Source of the DNA: a virus
Virus record (IMG/VR): IMGVR_UViG_3300050821_015552
Span: 15,811 to 79,810 of that record
Length of the DNA: 64,000 nt
Reading direction: 5' to 3' (one strand)
This document shows positions 9,515-16,957 of the stretch, piece by piece. The notes below the pieces were generated by a model. That model saw only the letters and a list, made by a program, of their open reading frames with translations, did no database searches and was not told where the DNA came from. Numbering within the stretch: position 1 is the first letter of the stretch; the number at the start of each line of letters is the position of its first letter. A program made the position numbers and the translations under genes.

Positions 9515-9777
9515 CTCCGATCGCGAAGGGCGAAGCTACGGCCTATCGCGAACGCTGGCCGTCGTGGGTGCACGAGGCGTTCAAGATCGAGCCCGTCGTC
9601 AACGAGCAGGGCAGTCACTTCGTGGAGATCGCCTGCACGATCGAGCTGAAGTGCCTGCTCGTGACGCTGCCCATCGATCTCCGGCACGATCCGCCACCCG
9701 CGCTGCTGCGCGAGATGCGCGTGCACATGAAGGGGCACGCGTTCGAGCCGCAGTGCGAGAAGGGAAACAAAGCGTGA
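9511..9777 (+). CDS. Hypothetical protein
   Basis: Coupled ORF (GTGA). Confidence 0.55.
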   Translation: MTPIAKGEATAYRERWPSWVHEAFKIEPVVNEQGSHFVEIACTIELKCLLVTLPIDLRHDPPPALLREMRVHMKGHAFEPQCEKGNKA

Positions 9778-10001
9778 CCCTCGACGCCCGTCTCGCCATC
9801 GCCGAGGAGATCATCAGCCCGCACCAGCTCAACGGGCGGGTGGCGATCGACGCCATCCGCGAGGCACGGCAGGCGCTCAAGGACGTGCTGCTGCCGGGGT
9901 GGTTCTGTCAGGCAACGATGCCGGATGGGAAGAAGTGCTTGGTGTGGACCGGCACGGAGAAGGGTGCGACGAGCTGCCGCGCGTGCGGAGCGTCCCGATG
10001 A
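9774..10001 (+). CDS. Hypothetical protein with C-terminal Zn ribbon
   Basis: WFC...C...CRACG. Confidence 0.55.
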   Translation: MTLDARLAIAEEIISPHQLNGRVAIDAIREARQALKDVLLPGWFCQATMPDGKKCLVWTGTEKGATSCRACGASR

Positions 10002-10279
10002 CCCACCACTGCCACGCCCTCGGCTGCAAGTCGCCCTGCCCGCCGCGCTGGCTCATGTGCCGCGCGTGCTGGTCGAAGGTGCCACCCGATCTGCAGGCGG
10101 AGGTCTACCGCACCGTATCGCTGCGAGGCCCGCACGCGGACGCCTCGTGGGCTCCGTGGTGGCGCGCGCAGGCTCGAGCGATTGCGCACGTCGCCATGCT
10201 GCGGGAGCCGAACGAGGCGCGGCGCGATGCGTACCTCGCGCGGGAGCTGGCGTTCGCGGATACGCTGGAGGCGCGATGA
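9998..10279 (+). CDS. Zn-finger hypothetical phage protein
   Basis: HHCHALGC...LMCRACW. Confidence 0.65.
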   Translation: MTHHCHALGCKSPCPPRWLMCRACWSKVPPDLQAEVYRTVSLRGPHADASWAPWWRAQARAIAHVAMLREPNEARRDAYLARELAFADTLEAR

Positions 10280-10479
10280 AAGCAGAGCGACACAAGTTCA
10301 AGCGATGCGTCCTGCCACCGGGACAGGATACCTGCTGCATCTGCAATCGCGGCATGCGCGAGGCGGTCATGGCGCGCGTGGTGGGCGAGCCGCCCATCTA
10401 CGAGTACGGCTACTGCCTGCGGTGCGTGAGGGCACTGCACAAGGCGGCGTGTGCGCCGTCGAAGAAGTCCAAGCGATGA
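10276..10479 (+). CDS. Small Zn-finger protein
   Basis: CCIC...CLRC; GGAGG RBS. Confidence 0.55.
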   Translation: MKAERHKFKRCVLPPGQDTCCICNRGMREAVMARVVGEPPIYEYGYCLRCVRALHKAACAPSKKSKR

Positions 10480-10820
10480 TCTCCGATGCCGAACTGCTCG
10501 CCGGCCTGGCCTTCCTGCAGATCCACGCCCACCCCGCCTACCACGGGGCGCTGCACATGGCCGAGGGAGCGTGCAAGCAGATCCGCGCCGACATCCAGCG
10601 GGGCGAGTTGCGGATGCGCGCGGCGGACGAACTGGAACTGTCGGTGCGCGCGGCGCTGGCCATCCGGCAGCTCGGGGTCAAGACGGTGGGCGACTTGGAG
10701 CAGCTGCTGGACAAGATCGATCTGTCGTCGCGCGACGCCAAGCGGGCAGGCTTCGGCAAGAAGTGTCTCAAGGAGTGCCGCGAGGTGCTCAAGAATCTCG
10801 GGCTGGAGCTGAGACGATGA
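10476..10820 (+). CDS. Protein with RNA polymerase alpha C-terminal-domain-like fold
   Basis: ELELSVRA...LGVKTVGDL...GFGKKCLKECREVLKNLGLEL matches the alpha-CTD consensus. Confidence 0.8.
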   Translation: MISDAELLAGLAFLQIHAHPAYHGALHMAEGACKQIRADIQRGELRMRAADELELSVRAALAIRQLGVKTVGDLEQLLDKIDLSSRDAKRAGFGKKCLKECREVLKNLGLELRR

Positions 10821-11074
10821 ACCTCGACGAGATGGCGAAGACCGACGGCCAGGGGCGCGACGTGCTGGAGCGACGCATCGCGGAGCTGGTCGCCGAATGC
10901 CGCGAGCTGCGCGAGAAGAACGCCGCACACGTCGGCGTCTGCCTCATCTTGGCGCGCGACAACCAGCAGATGCTCGACAACCTCACCGCGACGCAGACCC
11001 GCTGCACCGAGCTGCTCGAGCAGTACCGCACGGCGCTGGCGTGCGGGTACGGCGGCGGACTGGAGAAGAAATGA
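10817..11074 (+). CDS. Hypothetical coiled-coil protein
   Basis: Coupled ORF, heptad pattern. Confidence 0.6.
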   Translation: MNLDEMAKTDGQGRDVLERRIAELVAECRELREKNAAHVGVCLILARDNQQMLDNLTATQTRCTELLEQYRTALACGYGGGLEKK

Positions 11075-11415
11075 CGACCAGCCTTCACGTCTGCACCGGC
11101 CGGCGTCACTTCGCTGGGCGACGTGTTCCAACTTCGCGTCTCGCGCAGCCCAAGTGCACCACATGCCGCAGGACGCTCGTGTGGAACCTGACGCCGTGGA
11201 AACGCGTCAAGGGCACGGTGCGCTCGCGAAGCAACCGGATGCGCACCGAGGAGCGAAAGGTCGCCATCCGGTGCGCGTGGTGTCTGCAGCTACTCTGCCC
11301 GAAGTGCGCGAGGCTGCATTTCGCGCCGATCATGAAGGCGCAGATCGCTGTCGACAAGCGGCTGGCCAAGGCGGCGGCGCTGGCGCTCGACATCATGCTC
11401 GATGGGCACAAGTGA
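11071..11415 (+). CDS. Cys-rich hypothetical protein
   Basis: CTTC, CAWC, CPKC. Confidence 0.55.
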   Translation: MTTSLHVCTGRRHFAGRRVPTSRLAQPKCTTCRRTLVWNLTPWKRVKGTVRSRSNRMRTEERKVAIRCAWCLQLLCPKCARLHFAPIMKAQIAVDKRLAKAAALALDIMLDGHK

Positions 11416-11717
11416 TGGACCACCTGAGCCAAGACGACGCCCGCCTGCTGCGCGCCACCGTCGCGGCCCTGCGCGATCTCGGAGACCTCGACGAGAATCA
11501 AGAGCGCCACCTCGCGGCGTTTGACGGCATGCTGGACAAGTACCGACCGCTGACGCCCCGGCAGCGCGACTACGTCAAGGGCGTGGCGCAGCGGCTGGAG
11601 GTCGACGTCGAGGCGCCGCTGCTCGCCAAGGACGTGCCGGTGGGCGAGAAGCTGCGGACGCCTGTGCCGGCCGTCTTGCTGATGCCTTTGCCGAAACGGC
11701 CGCCTGGGAGGAAGTGA
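11415..11717 (+). CDS. Hypothetical protein
   Basis: TGATG coupling; C-terminal LPKRPPGRK. Confidence 0.6.
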   Translation: MDHLSQDDARLLRATVAALRDLGDLDENQERHLAAFDGMLDKYRPLTPRQRDYVKGVAQRLEVDVEAPLLAKDVPVGEKLRTPVPAVLLMPLPKRPPGRK

Positions 11718-12001
11718 TGCGAGGAGACATCGGAAATCCGAACGCGGTCCTGTGCGAACTGCGTCCCGCCGACGACAGCCGCAGGCGCCTCGTGCTGGAG
11801 ACGCGCGGCGTCAAGCTCAAGATCGACCTGCGCATGACCGAGGTCTTCAGCCTGATGGACGAGTGCCTCGATGCGCTCGTGCAGCAGGACGACGTCGAAG
11901 ATAAGTGCCCGAGCTGCAACAGCGATCCGCACACCCACGACTGCGTGCTGGTGTGCAGCCTGCAGAATGCGCTGCGGGAGTTGCGTAGGCGCGGCGCCTG
12001 A
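11714..12001 (+). CDS. Hypothetical protein (CPSC...H...C)
   Basis: GGAGG RBS, coupled. Confidence 0.6.
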   Translation: MMRGDIGNPNAVLCELRPADDSRRRLVLETRGVKLKIDLRMTEVFSLMDECLDALVQQDDVEDKCPSCNSDPHTHDCVLVCSLQNALRELRRRGA

Positions 12002-12021
12002 GTCGTTGTAGACTGGCCGCC

Positions 12022-12171
12022 GTGGACCCCGATCAGACACTGCCGCCAGATGGGCCGCCGACGATTCCGGCGCCGCCGCCGAGCGGCGCGTACGAGTTCG
12101 ACTGGGCAGTGCTGGCTGCGCCGCCGTCGTGGGACGGCTTCGCCTCCGAGGAGCTCGACGATGAAACCTAG
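12022..12171 (+). CDS. Small acidic Pro-rich protein (not in ORF track)
   Basis: GTG 7 nt after TAGACT -10 box; VDPDQTLPPDGPPTIPAPPPS...ELDDET. Confidence 0.5.
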   Translation: MDPDQTLPPDGPPTIPAPPPSGAYEFDWAVLAAPPSWDGFASEELDDET

Positions 12172-12457
12172 AGAGCTCGGCGGCGCCGTCACACGCGCGA
12201 GCGAGGTCCGCGTCTTCGTGGCCTACGCCAGCCACCCGGAGGGCGGCATGTACCTCTCGATCTCCGGCCCCCAGGCGCGGAGCATCGTCGAGGACGCCAA
12301 GAGCAAGGGTGTCGAGGACATCGACGTCACCATCAACGCGCGTGGCGACGTGTTCATCGGCGACGAGCACATCGTGGAGGAGGACGAGGAAGCGAACGAG
12401 TCGCACCCGGTCTGTTCGGAATGCGGCGAAGCGTGGGAAGACGGGCACGCTTGCTGA
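12161..12457 (+). CDS. Hypothetical protein
   Basis: GAGGAG RBS; C-terminal CSECG. Confidence 0.6.
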   Translation: MKPRELGGAVTRASEVRVFVAYASHPEGGMYLSISGPQARSIVEDAKSKGVEDIDVTINARGDVFIGDEHIVEEDEEANESHPVCSECGEAWEDGHAC

Positions 12458-12738
12458 TGCTCGCCGCGATCGACATCGCCTTACTCGCATCGGAATGGGC
12501 CCACGGAAGCCGGTGGCCCGCATGTCCCGTGTGTGAGGGTCCGCAGCCCGGCGGCGGTCACGAGAAGTACCTGGCGAAAGGACACGAGGACTACAAGGGC
12601 GGCCATCAAGTCGGCTGCGCCATGGACCAGGCCCTGTCCGAGCGCGGCTGGTCGACCGCGCAAGAGCGTGACGCCGCCCGCAAGCGGCTGCACGAGGCCA
12701 CGAGCGCGACGGAGCCGCCGCCTGTGGGGGCGACGTGA
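12457..12738 (+). CDS. Hypothetical protein (CPVC...H...C)
   Basis: TGATG coupling. Confidence 0.6.
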   Translation: MLAAIDIALLASEWAHGSRWPACPVCEGPQPGGGHEKYLAKGHEDYKGGHQVGCAMDQALSERGWSTAQERDAARKRLHEATSATEPPPVGAT

Positions 12739-12844
12739 AGGGTCGCTATCTGTTCCTGCTCGCGAAGGTCAGGGTTCGGCGAGGTCGACTGCTGCGTCTC
12801 AAGCAGCATCTCGTGATCGGCATGACGGCGGGGCGGAGGCGCTC

Positions 12845-13291
12845 GTGAGCTGCGTCCAAGAGTCGGTACCTCTCGGGTGGCGCGTGTGGAGGCAAGCCGC
12901 CGTTCCCGATCCGCTCGCGCAGTTCGCCATCGACGTACGCGACCACGTCCGCAGCTACCCGTACGGCAGCATCGCGAAGACCATCGTCTACAACGGGCAG
13001 ACGGTCGGCGCGTTCGTGAGCCATCACTCATGGACCTACCGCAATGGCGTCCTCGTGACGGGCATCTGCATTCCGGGCGTGTCGCTGGTTACGCAGGCCA
13101 CGCAGGGCGTCGGCGCCACCGAGGCCGACAACCTCGACACGCCCGACCCCACGGCCGCCGTCTACTCGCTCGACGAGCCTCCGCCGGGCATCAGCTGGCC
13201 GATCGTCGCCTTCACGGGCGCCGCCATGCTGCTGGTCGTCGGCGGCTTCTGGGCAGCCATCCAGCTCGCCGGCCGACCGCGCCTACCCTAG
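12845..13291 (+). CDS. Putative virion membrane protein, C-terminal TM
   Basis: GGAGG RBS; WPIVAFTGAAMLLVVGGFWAAI TM. Confidence 0.65.
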   Translation: MSCVQESVPLGWRVWRQAAVPDPLAQFAIDVRDHVRSYPYGSIAKTIVYNGQTVGAFVSHHSWTYRNGVLVTGICIPGVSLVTQATQGVGATEADNLDTPDPTAAVYSLDEPPPGISWPIVAFTGAAMLLVVGGFWAAIQLAGRPRLP

Positions 13292-13764
13292 TGATGCAAG
13301 AGCCGCCAGAGCTCCGCGGCTCCCGCGGCCAGAGCCGCGATGACGGCCCATTCGAGCGCCTTGGCAGCCGCCTTGCGCGCCGCCCACGAGGGGAATGCCT
13401 TGATCTTGCGCCAGGTGCCCACCTCGGCCCGGAGACGCATTTCTTCGGTCACGCGCTCCACCGCGGTACGCAGGTCGTTGGGGCCGAACGGGCTGGAGGG
13501 GTCTGACGCGAGCGCCTTGAGCTGGGCGTACGTTTCGCGCAGATCGTGCGAGCCAGTGTCGTCGGTCCGGTGCGGAAAGCCGCCCTCGATGAGCACTCGC
13601 CGCAGCTCGTCGTCGGCCTTGCGCAGGCCCGAGACCTCGGCGGCGAGCTTGCCGATGGACTGCATGATCGCGCCGATGTCGTTGGCGCGCTCGACGCGCA
13701 CGGCGCGAAACTCGTTCTCGACGTCTTCGAACGACTCGAGATGCCCGCTTCCGCTGTTCATCAC
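13288..13764 (-). CDS. Coiled-coil protein with C-terminal TM
   Basis: ALEWAVIAALAAGAAELW; coupled to the upstream minus-strand gene. Confidence 0.6.
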   Translation of the reverse strand: MMNSGSGHLESFEDVENEFRAVRVERANDIGAIMQSIGKLAAEVSGLRKADDELRRVLIEGGFPHRTDDTGSHDLRETYAQLKALASDPSSPFGPNDLRTAVERVTEEMRLRAEVGTWRKIKAFPSWAARKAAAKALEWAVIAALAAGAAELWRLLHH

Positions 13765-13967
13765 GACGCCAGGAGATTCTTCGAGGAGGCGTAGGAGGCG
13801 ATGCCAGCTCCGGCCGCTGCACCGCCGACGCTGGTTGCAAGCACAATGTTGGCGCGCGTTTCAGCGCTGGCCATGCCGCGCGTCGCCAGCCGCCCTCCAA
13901 CGAGACCCACGAGCAGACCCCCGACCGCTCCTGCCGCCGTCGTCCATGCGCTACCTGCTCGAGTCAT
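13761..13967 (-). CDS. Small 2-TM glycine-zipper membrane protein
   Basis: GxxxG repeats; ATG 7 nt after TTGGTC-N17-CAAGAT. Confidence 0.6.
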   Translation of the reverse strand: MTRAGSAWTTAAGAVGGLLVGLVGGRLATRGMASAETRANIVLATSVGGAAAGAGIASYASSKNLLAS

Positions 13968-14023
13968 GGGGATCATCTTGCCATGGGTTCGGCTGGGGAC
14001 CAAAAGCGCGGTAGGCTCGGGTC
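13968..14023. promoter_or_regulatory. Overlapping divergent leaderless promoters
   Basis: + strand TCGGCT-N17-TAGGCT(14012-17)-N6-GTG; - strand TTGGTC-N17-CAAGAT-N7-ATG. Confidence 0.55.
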
Positions 14024-14566
14024 GTGATCCGCTACTACCCGATCGCGGGAGCGCCGCGGAACATCTGCGCCGGCTACGGCAATCGCACGACCAACGGCGT
14101 CACCAAGCTCCACGACGCCTGCGATCTCTGCGCTCCGACAGGGACGCCTGTCGTGGCGTGCGACGATGGCACCGTCTCGTACGGCGTCGATCCGACGGGC
14201 GGCAACGTAGCGATTTTGCACATCGCTGACGGGACCGCTTACTTCCACGCCCACCTGCTCGACGTGCAGACTGGGCAGCGCAAGGTCTCCGCGGGTCAGC
14301 AGATCGCTCGGGTGGACACCACGGGCAATGCGGCGCTCGTCGGCATCCCACATTGCCACTGGCAGATCTGGCCGGGCGGCACTTTCCAGCCGGGCACCGT
14401 TCACCCCGATCCGACGGCGGCACTACTGGCCGCCGAGGTGCTCTCGGCTCCGCTCAGCGGCGGCATCGGCGTCGCGTCCAAGGCGCTGCTCTACGCCCTC
14501 GGCTTCGCGACAGCGGTAGGACTCACGTACGGGGCGCTGTATGCTTGGGATCGGCGACAAGCATGA
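14024..14566 (+). CDS. M23 metallopeptidase with C-terminal TM anchor
   Basis: HDACD (HxxxD), HAHL, TGNA...PHCH (HxH); C-terminal hydrophobic helix. Confidence 0.88.
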   Translation: MIRYYPIAGAPRNICAGYGNRTTNGVTKLHDACDLCAPTGTPVVACDDGTVSYGVDPTGGNVAILHIADGTAYFHAHLLDVQTGQRKVSAGQQIARVDTTGNAALVGIPHCHWQIWPGGTFQPGTVHPDPTAALLAAEVLSAPLSGGIGVASKALLYALGFATAVGLTYGALYAWDRRQA

Positions 14567-15285
14567 AGACCCGCTTCATCATCTACTGCCACACCTGTCG
14601 CGTGAACGGGAAGCAGTACATCGGTCAGACGCGACAGACGATGGAGAAGCGTTGGAGCGACCATGTGAAGCTGGCCAAGCGGAGCGTTCGTGTCGGCTGC
14701 CGGGCCCTTGCCTCCGCGATCATGAAGTACGGCGCCGACGCGTTCGACCACGAGATTCTCGATGTCGTGACCTCGCAAGAGGGCGCGAACATCGCAGAGC
14801 GGGTATGGATCGAGAAGCGCAGAACGACGTGTCCGAACGGGTACAACATCGCGCCCGTGGGGAACGCGGCGCCGCTGCATCCCGAAACGATCCGTCGAGC
14901 GAGTGAGGCTCAGAAGAGGCGCTGGGCGAACGCGTCGGAAGAGCAGCGGGCGCCGATGCTGGAGAATCTCCGACGGGGACGCGAAGGCCTATCGTTCGAG
15001 CAGTTGAGCGATCGCAGTCTGCGCGCACATGCAGCCCAGACGCCGGAGCAGCGCAGCCAGCGGCAGAAGAAGGCCTGGGCCTCGGTACCTGCCGCACGAA
15101 GACTCGAAATCGTTGCGCAGTTACTCAAGAACAAGGCCTCGGATCCGGAGATGTCTCGGAAAATCTCTGACGGCAAGAAGCGCGACTGGGCGCGCCTGAC
15201 CCCAGAGCAGAAGGCGGAGCGTGTGCGGCGCATTGCCGAAGCATCTTGGAGCCCCGAAGCTCGACGCAAGCGGGGGCTCTCGTGA
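14563..15285 (+). CDS. GIY-YIG homing endonuclease
   Basis: IIYCHTCRVNGKQYIGQT...RW..H...NGYN; helical TPEQR repeats. Confidence 0.88.
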   Translation: MKTRFIIYCHTCRVNGKQYIGQTRQTMEKRWSDHVKLAKRSVRVGCRALASAIMKYGADAFDHEILDVVTSQEGANIAERVWIEKRRTTCPNGYNIAPVGNAAPLHPETIRRASEAQKRRWANASEEQRAPMLENLRRGREGLSFEQLSDRSLRAHAAQTPEQRSQRQKKAWASVPAARRLEIVAQLLKNKASDPEMSRKISDGKKRDWARLTPEQKAERVRRIAEASWSPEARRKRGLS

Positions 15286-15983
15286 GCCTCGACTTCCCCG
15301 CCACCGCCAACGCTCTCTGGTCCGGCTTCACGGCCGGCAAGCTGCCACGCCCCGAGTACATCCTGCCGGTCTTCTTCTCGGAGAGCGGTTTCTCGACGAG
15401 CGTGACCAACAGCATAGGTTGCATCGGATTGAATCAGTTGTGCCCCTTCGCGTGGCCCATCCCCGCTGGCTACGCGTCGTGGTCCGCATCGCAACAGATC
15501 GCGGGGCCCATCACCTCGATGTTCGCGCAGCTCATCGCGCGCTACGGCCCCATCAACTCGGGCACGCGCGCTTACCTCGCCAACTTCCTGCCGGCCGATC
15601 TCGCGACGGCCAAGGATCTGTCGAGCGTGCTGGCGACCCGTGGTGGAGCCGTCTACTCGGCCAACTCGGGTCTCGACTACCAGAGCAAGGGGACCATCAC
15701 CGTCGGCGACCTGGCGCACTTCATCGCGAAGGCTGCCGGCAACGCTGCGGTGAAGTCGGCCATCCAGCAGACCTACGCGCTCGCGCCCTCGGGCGTGGGG
15801 CCGCAGCAGGACCCCGTCTACGGTACCGACTTCTCGTCCTCGTCGCCGATCTCCTCCATCCCAGTAGCCGACATCGCCCTCGCCGCCGCCGCCGCCCTGT
15901 CGCTCGCGGGCTTAGGGTACCTGGCGTGGAAAGAGTACAAGCAGCCGGGCTACCTGCTGCCTTTCCGAGCGGCTACGGCCTAG
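15282..15983 (+). CDS. Lytic transglycosylase / lysozyme-like protein with C-terminal TM
   Basis: ESGF...GCIGLNQ (SLT ES/GLMQ motifs), YLANFLP, Y.AN.GLD...G.IT; C-terminal TM. Confidence 0.8.
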   Translation: MSLDFPATANALWSGFTAGKLPRPEYILPVFFSESGFSTSVTNSIGCIGLNQLCPFAWPIPAGYASWSASQQIAGPITSMFAQLIARYGPINSGTRAYLANFLPADLATAKDLSSVLATRGGAVYSANSGLDYQSKGTITVGDLAHFIAKAAGNAAVKSAIQQTYALAPSGVGPQQDPVYGTDFSSSSPISSIPVADIALAAAAALSLAGLGYLAWKEYKQPGYLLPFRAATA

Positions 15984-16035
15984 TTTTCGCGCGCTGCCCG
16001 TTCCGGGGTAAGCTCGCACGCGTGGAGGCTGCTTC

Positions 16036-16548
16036 ATGCCGGATGGCTCGGGTACAGGGGCTGCGCAGGACGCCACCCTGCAGGCCATCATCGCAGCGCT
16101 CGGGGGACCGATAGTCGGCATGCCCAACGGTAGCGGCACTGGCCAAGCGCAGGACGCGTCGCTGCAGCAGATCCTGGCGCTGCTGGGCGGTGGAGGCTTG
16201 GTCCCGGGCAACTACAGCTCCATCGAGGTGCCCATTGGCCTGGTCACCGCGTCGTCCACGAACAAGATCCCCAAGAACGCCATCATCAACGCCGTCTTCT
16301 TCGACAACTCGCGCGCCGGGGACGCCGCGTACTCGCCGGGCACGACGATTCAGGTCGGCATCGCGGGCAACGTCGCGCTCTTCATGAACGCAGGGCAGTC
16401 GATCCCAAACGTCCAGAGCCTCTACAGCTTCTTCGGCCTCGACATCAGCGTGGGTGCTGCGGCGGCGCCGCTGCTGGTGACCGTGGGTGGCTCTCCCGCA
16501 GTGGGCAGCGGAGTGGTCGTGGTTTATTTCTCGGTGCCTCTGACGTAG
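16036..16548 (+). CDS. Putative virion protein (small beta-sandwich; duplicated MPxGSGTGxAQDAxLQ motif)
   Basis: GGAGG RBS; IPKNAII...V...GTTIQVG pattern. Confidence 0.65.
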   Translation: MPDGSGTGAAQDATLQAIIAALGGPIVGMPNGSGTGQAQDASLQQILALLGGGGLVPGNYSSIEVPIGLVTASSTNKIPKNAIINAVFFDNSRAGDAAYSPGTTIQVGIAGNVALFMNAGQSIPNVQSLYSFFGLDISVGAAAAPLLVTVGGSPAVGSGVVVVYFSVPLT

Positions 16549-16560
16549 CAGGAGATCGAC

Positions 16561-16941
16561 ATGAGCGACGACTTCGCATGGTGGAGAGATCGCGATTGGA
16601 TCCTGCTGCTCATCCGGCAGCTCCAGCAGGGGCTGGCGATCATCATCAACAACGGCGGCGTACCGAAGACCGCCGCCGTCATCGGATCCGGAATCGCCTA
16701 CACCGTCAAGCCCACCGACGCCGTGATCGCCTTCGACTCGTCGATCGGATCGCAGGCGCAGCCGGTCGCGACGCTCAACGCAGGCACGTACATCGGCGAA
16801 GCGCACTCCTTCGTCTGGTACGGATGGGGAGGCAACCAGACGCCGCCGCTCATCCAGGGCGCGGCGGCGGGCGTGCTGATGATGCCGTACGCGGGCATGC
16901 AGACCGAGGGGATCGGGGGCCTTTCGCGCCCTTGTCGATAG
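16561..16941 (+). CDS. Putative virion protein
   Basis: AGGAG RBS; beta-rich. Confidence 0.6.
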   Translation: MSDDFAWWRDRDWILLLIRQLQQGLAIIINNGGVPKTAAVIGSGIAYTVKPTDAVIAFDSSIGSQAQPVATLNAGTYIGEAHSFVWYGWGGNQTPPLIQGAAAGVLMMPYAGMQTEGIGGLSRPCR

Positions 16942-16957
16942 TGAACGGAGAACGAGA

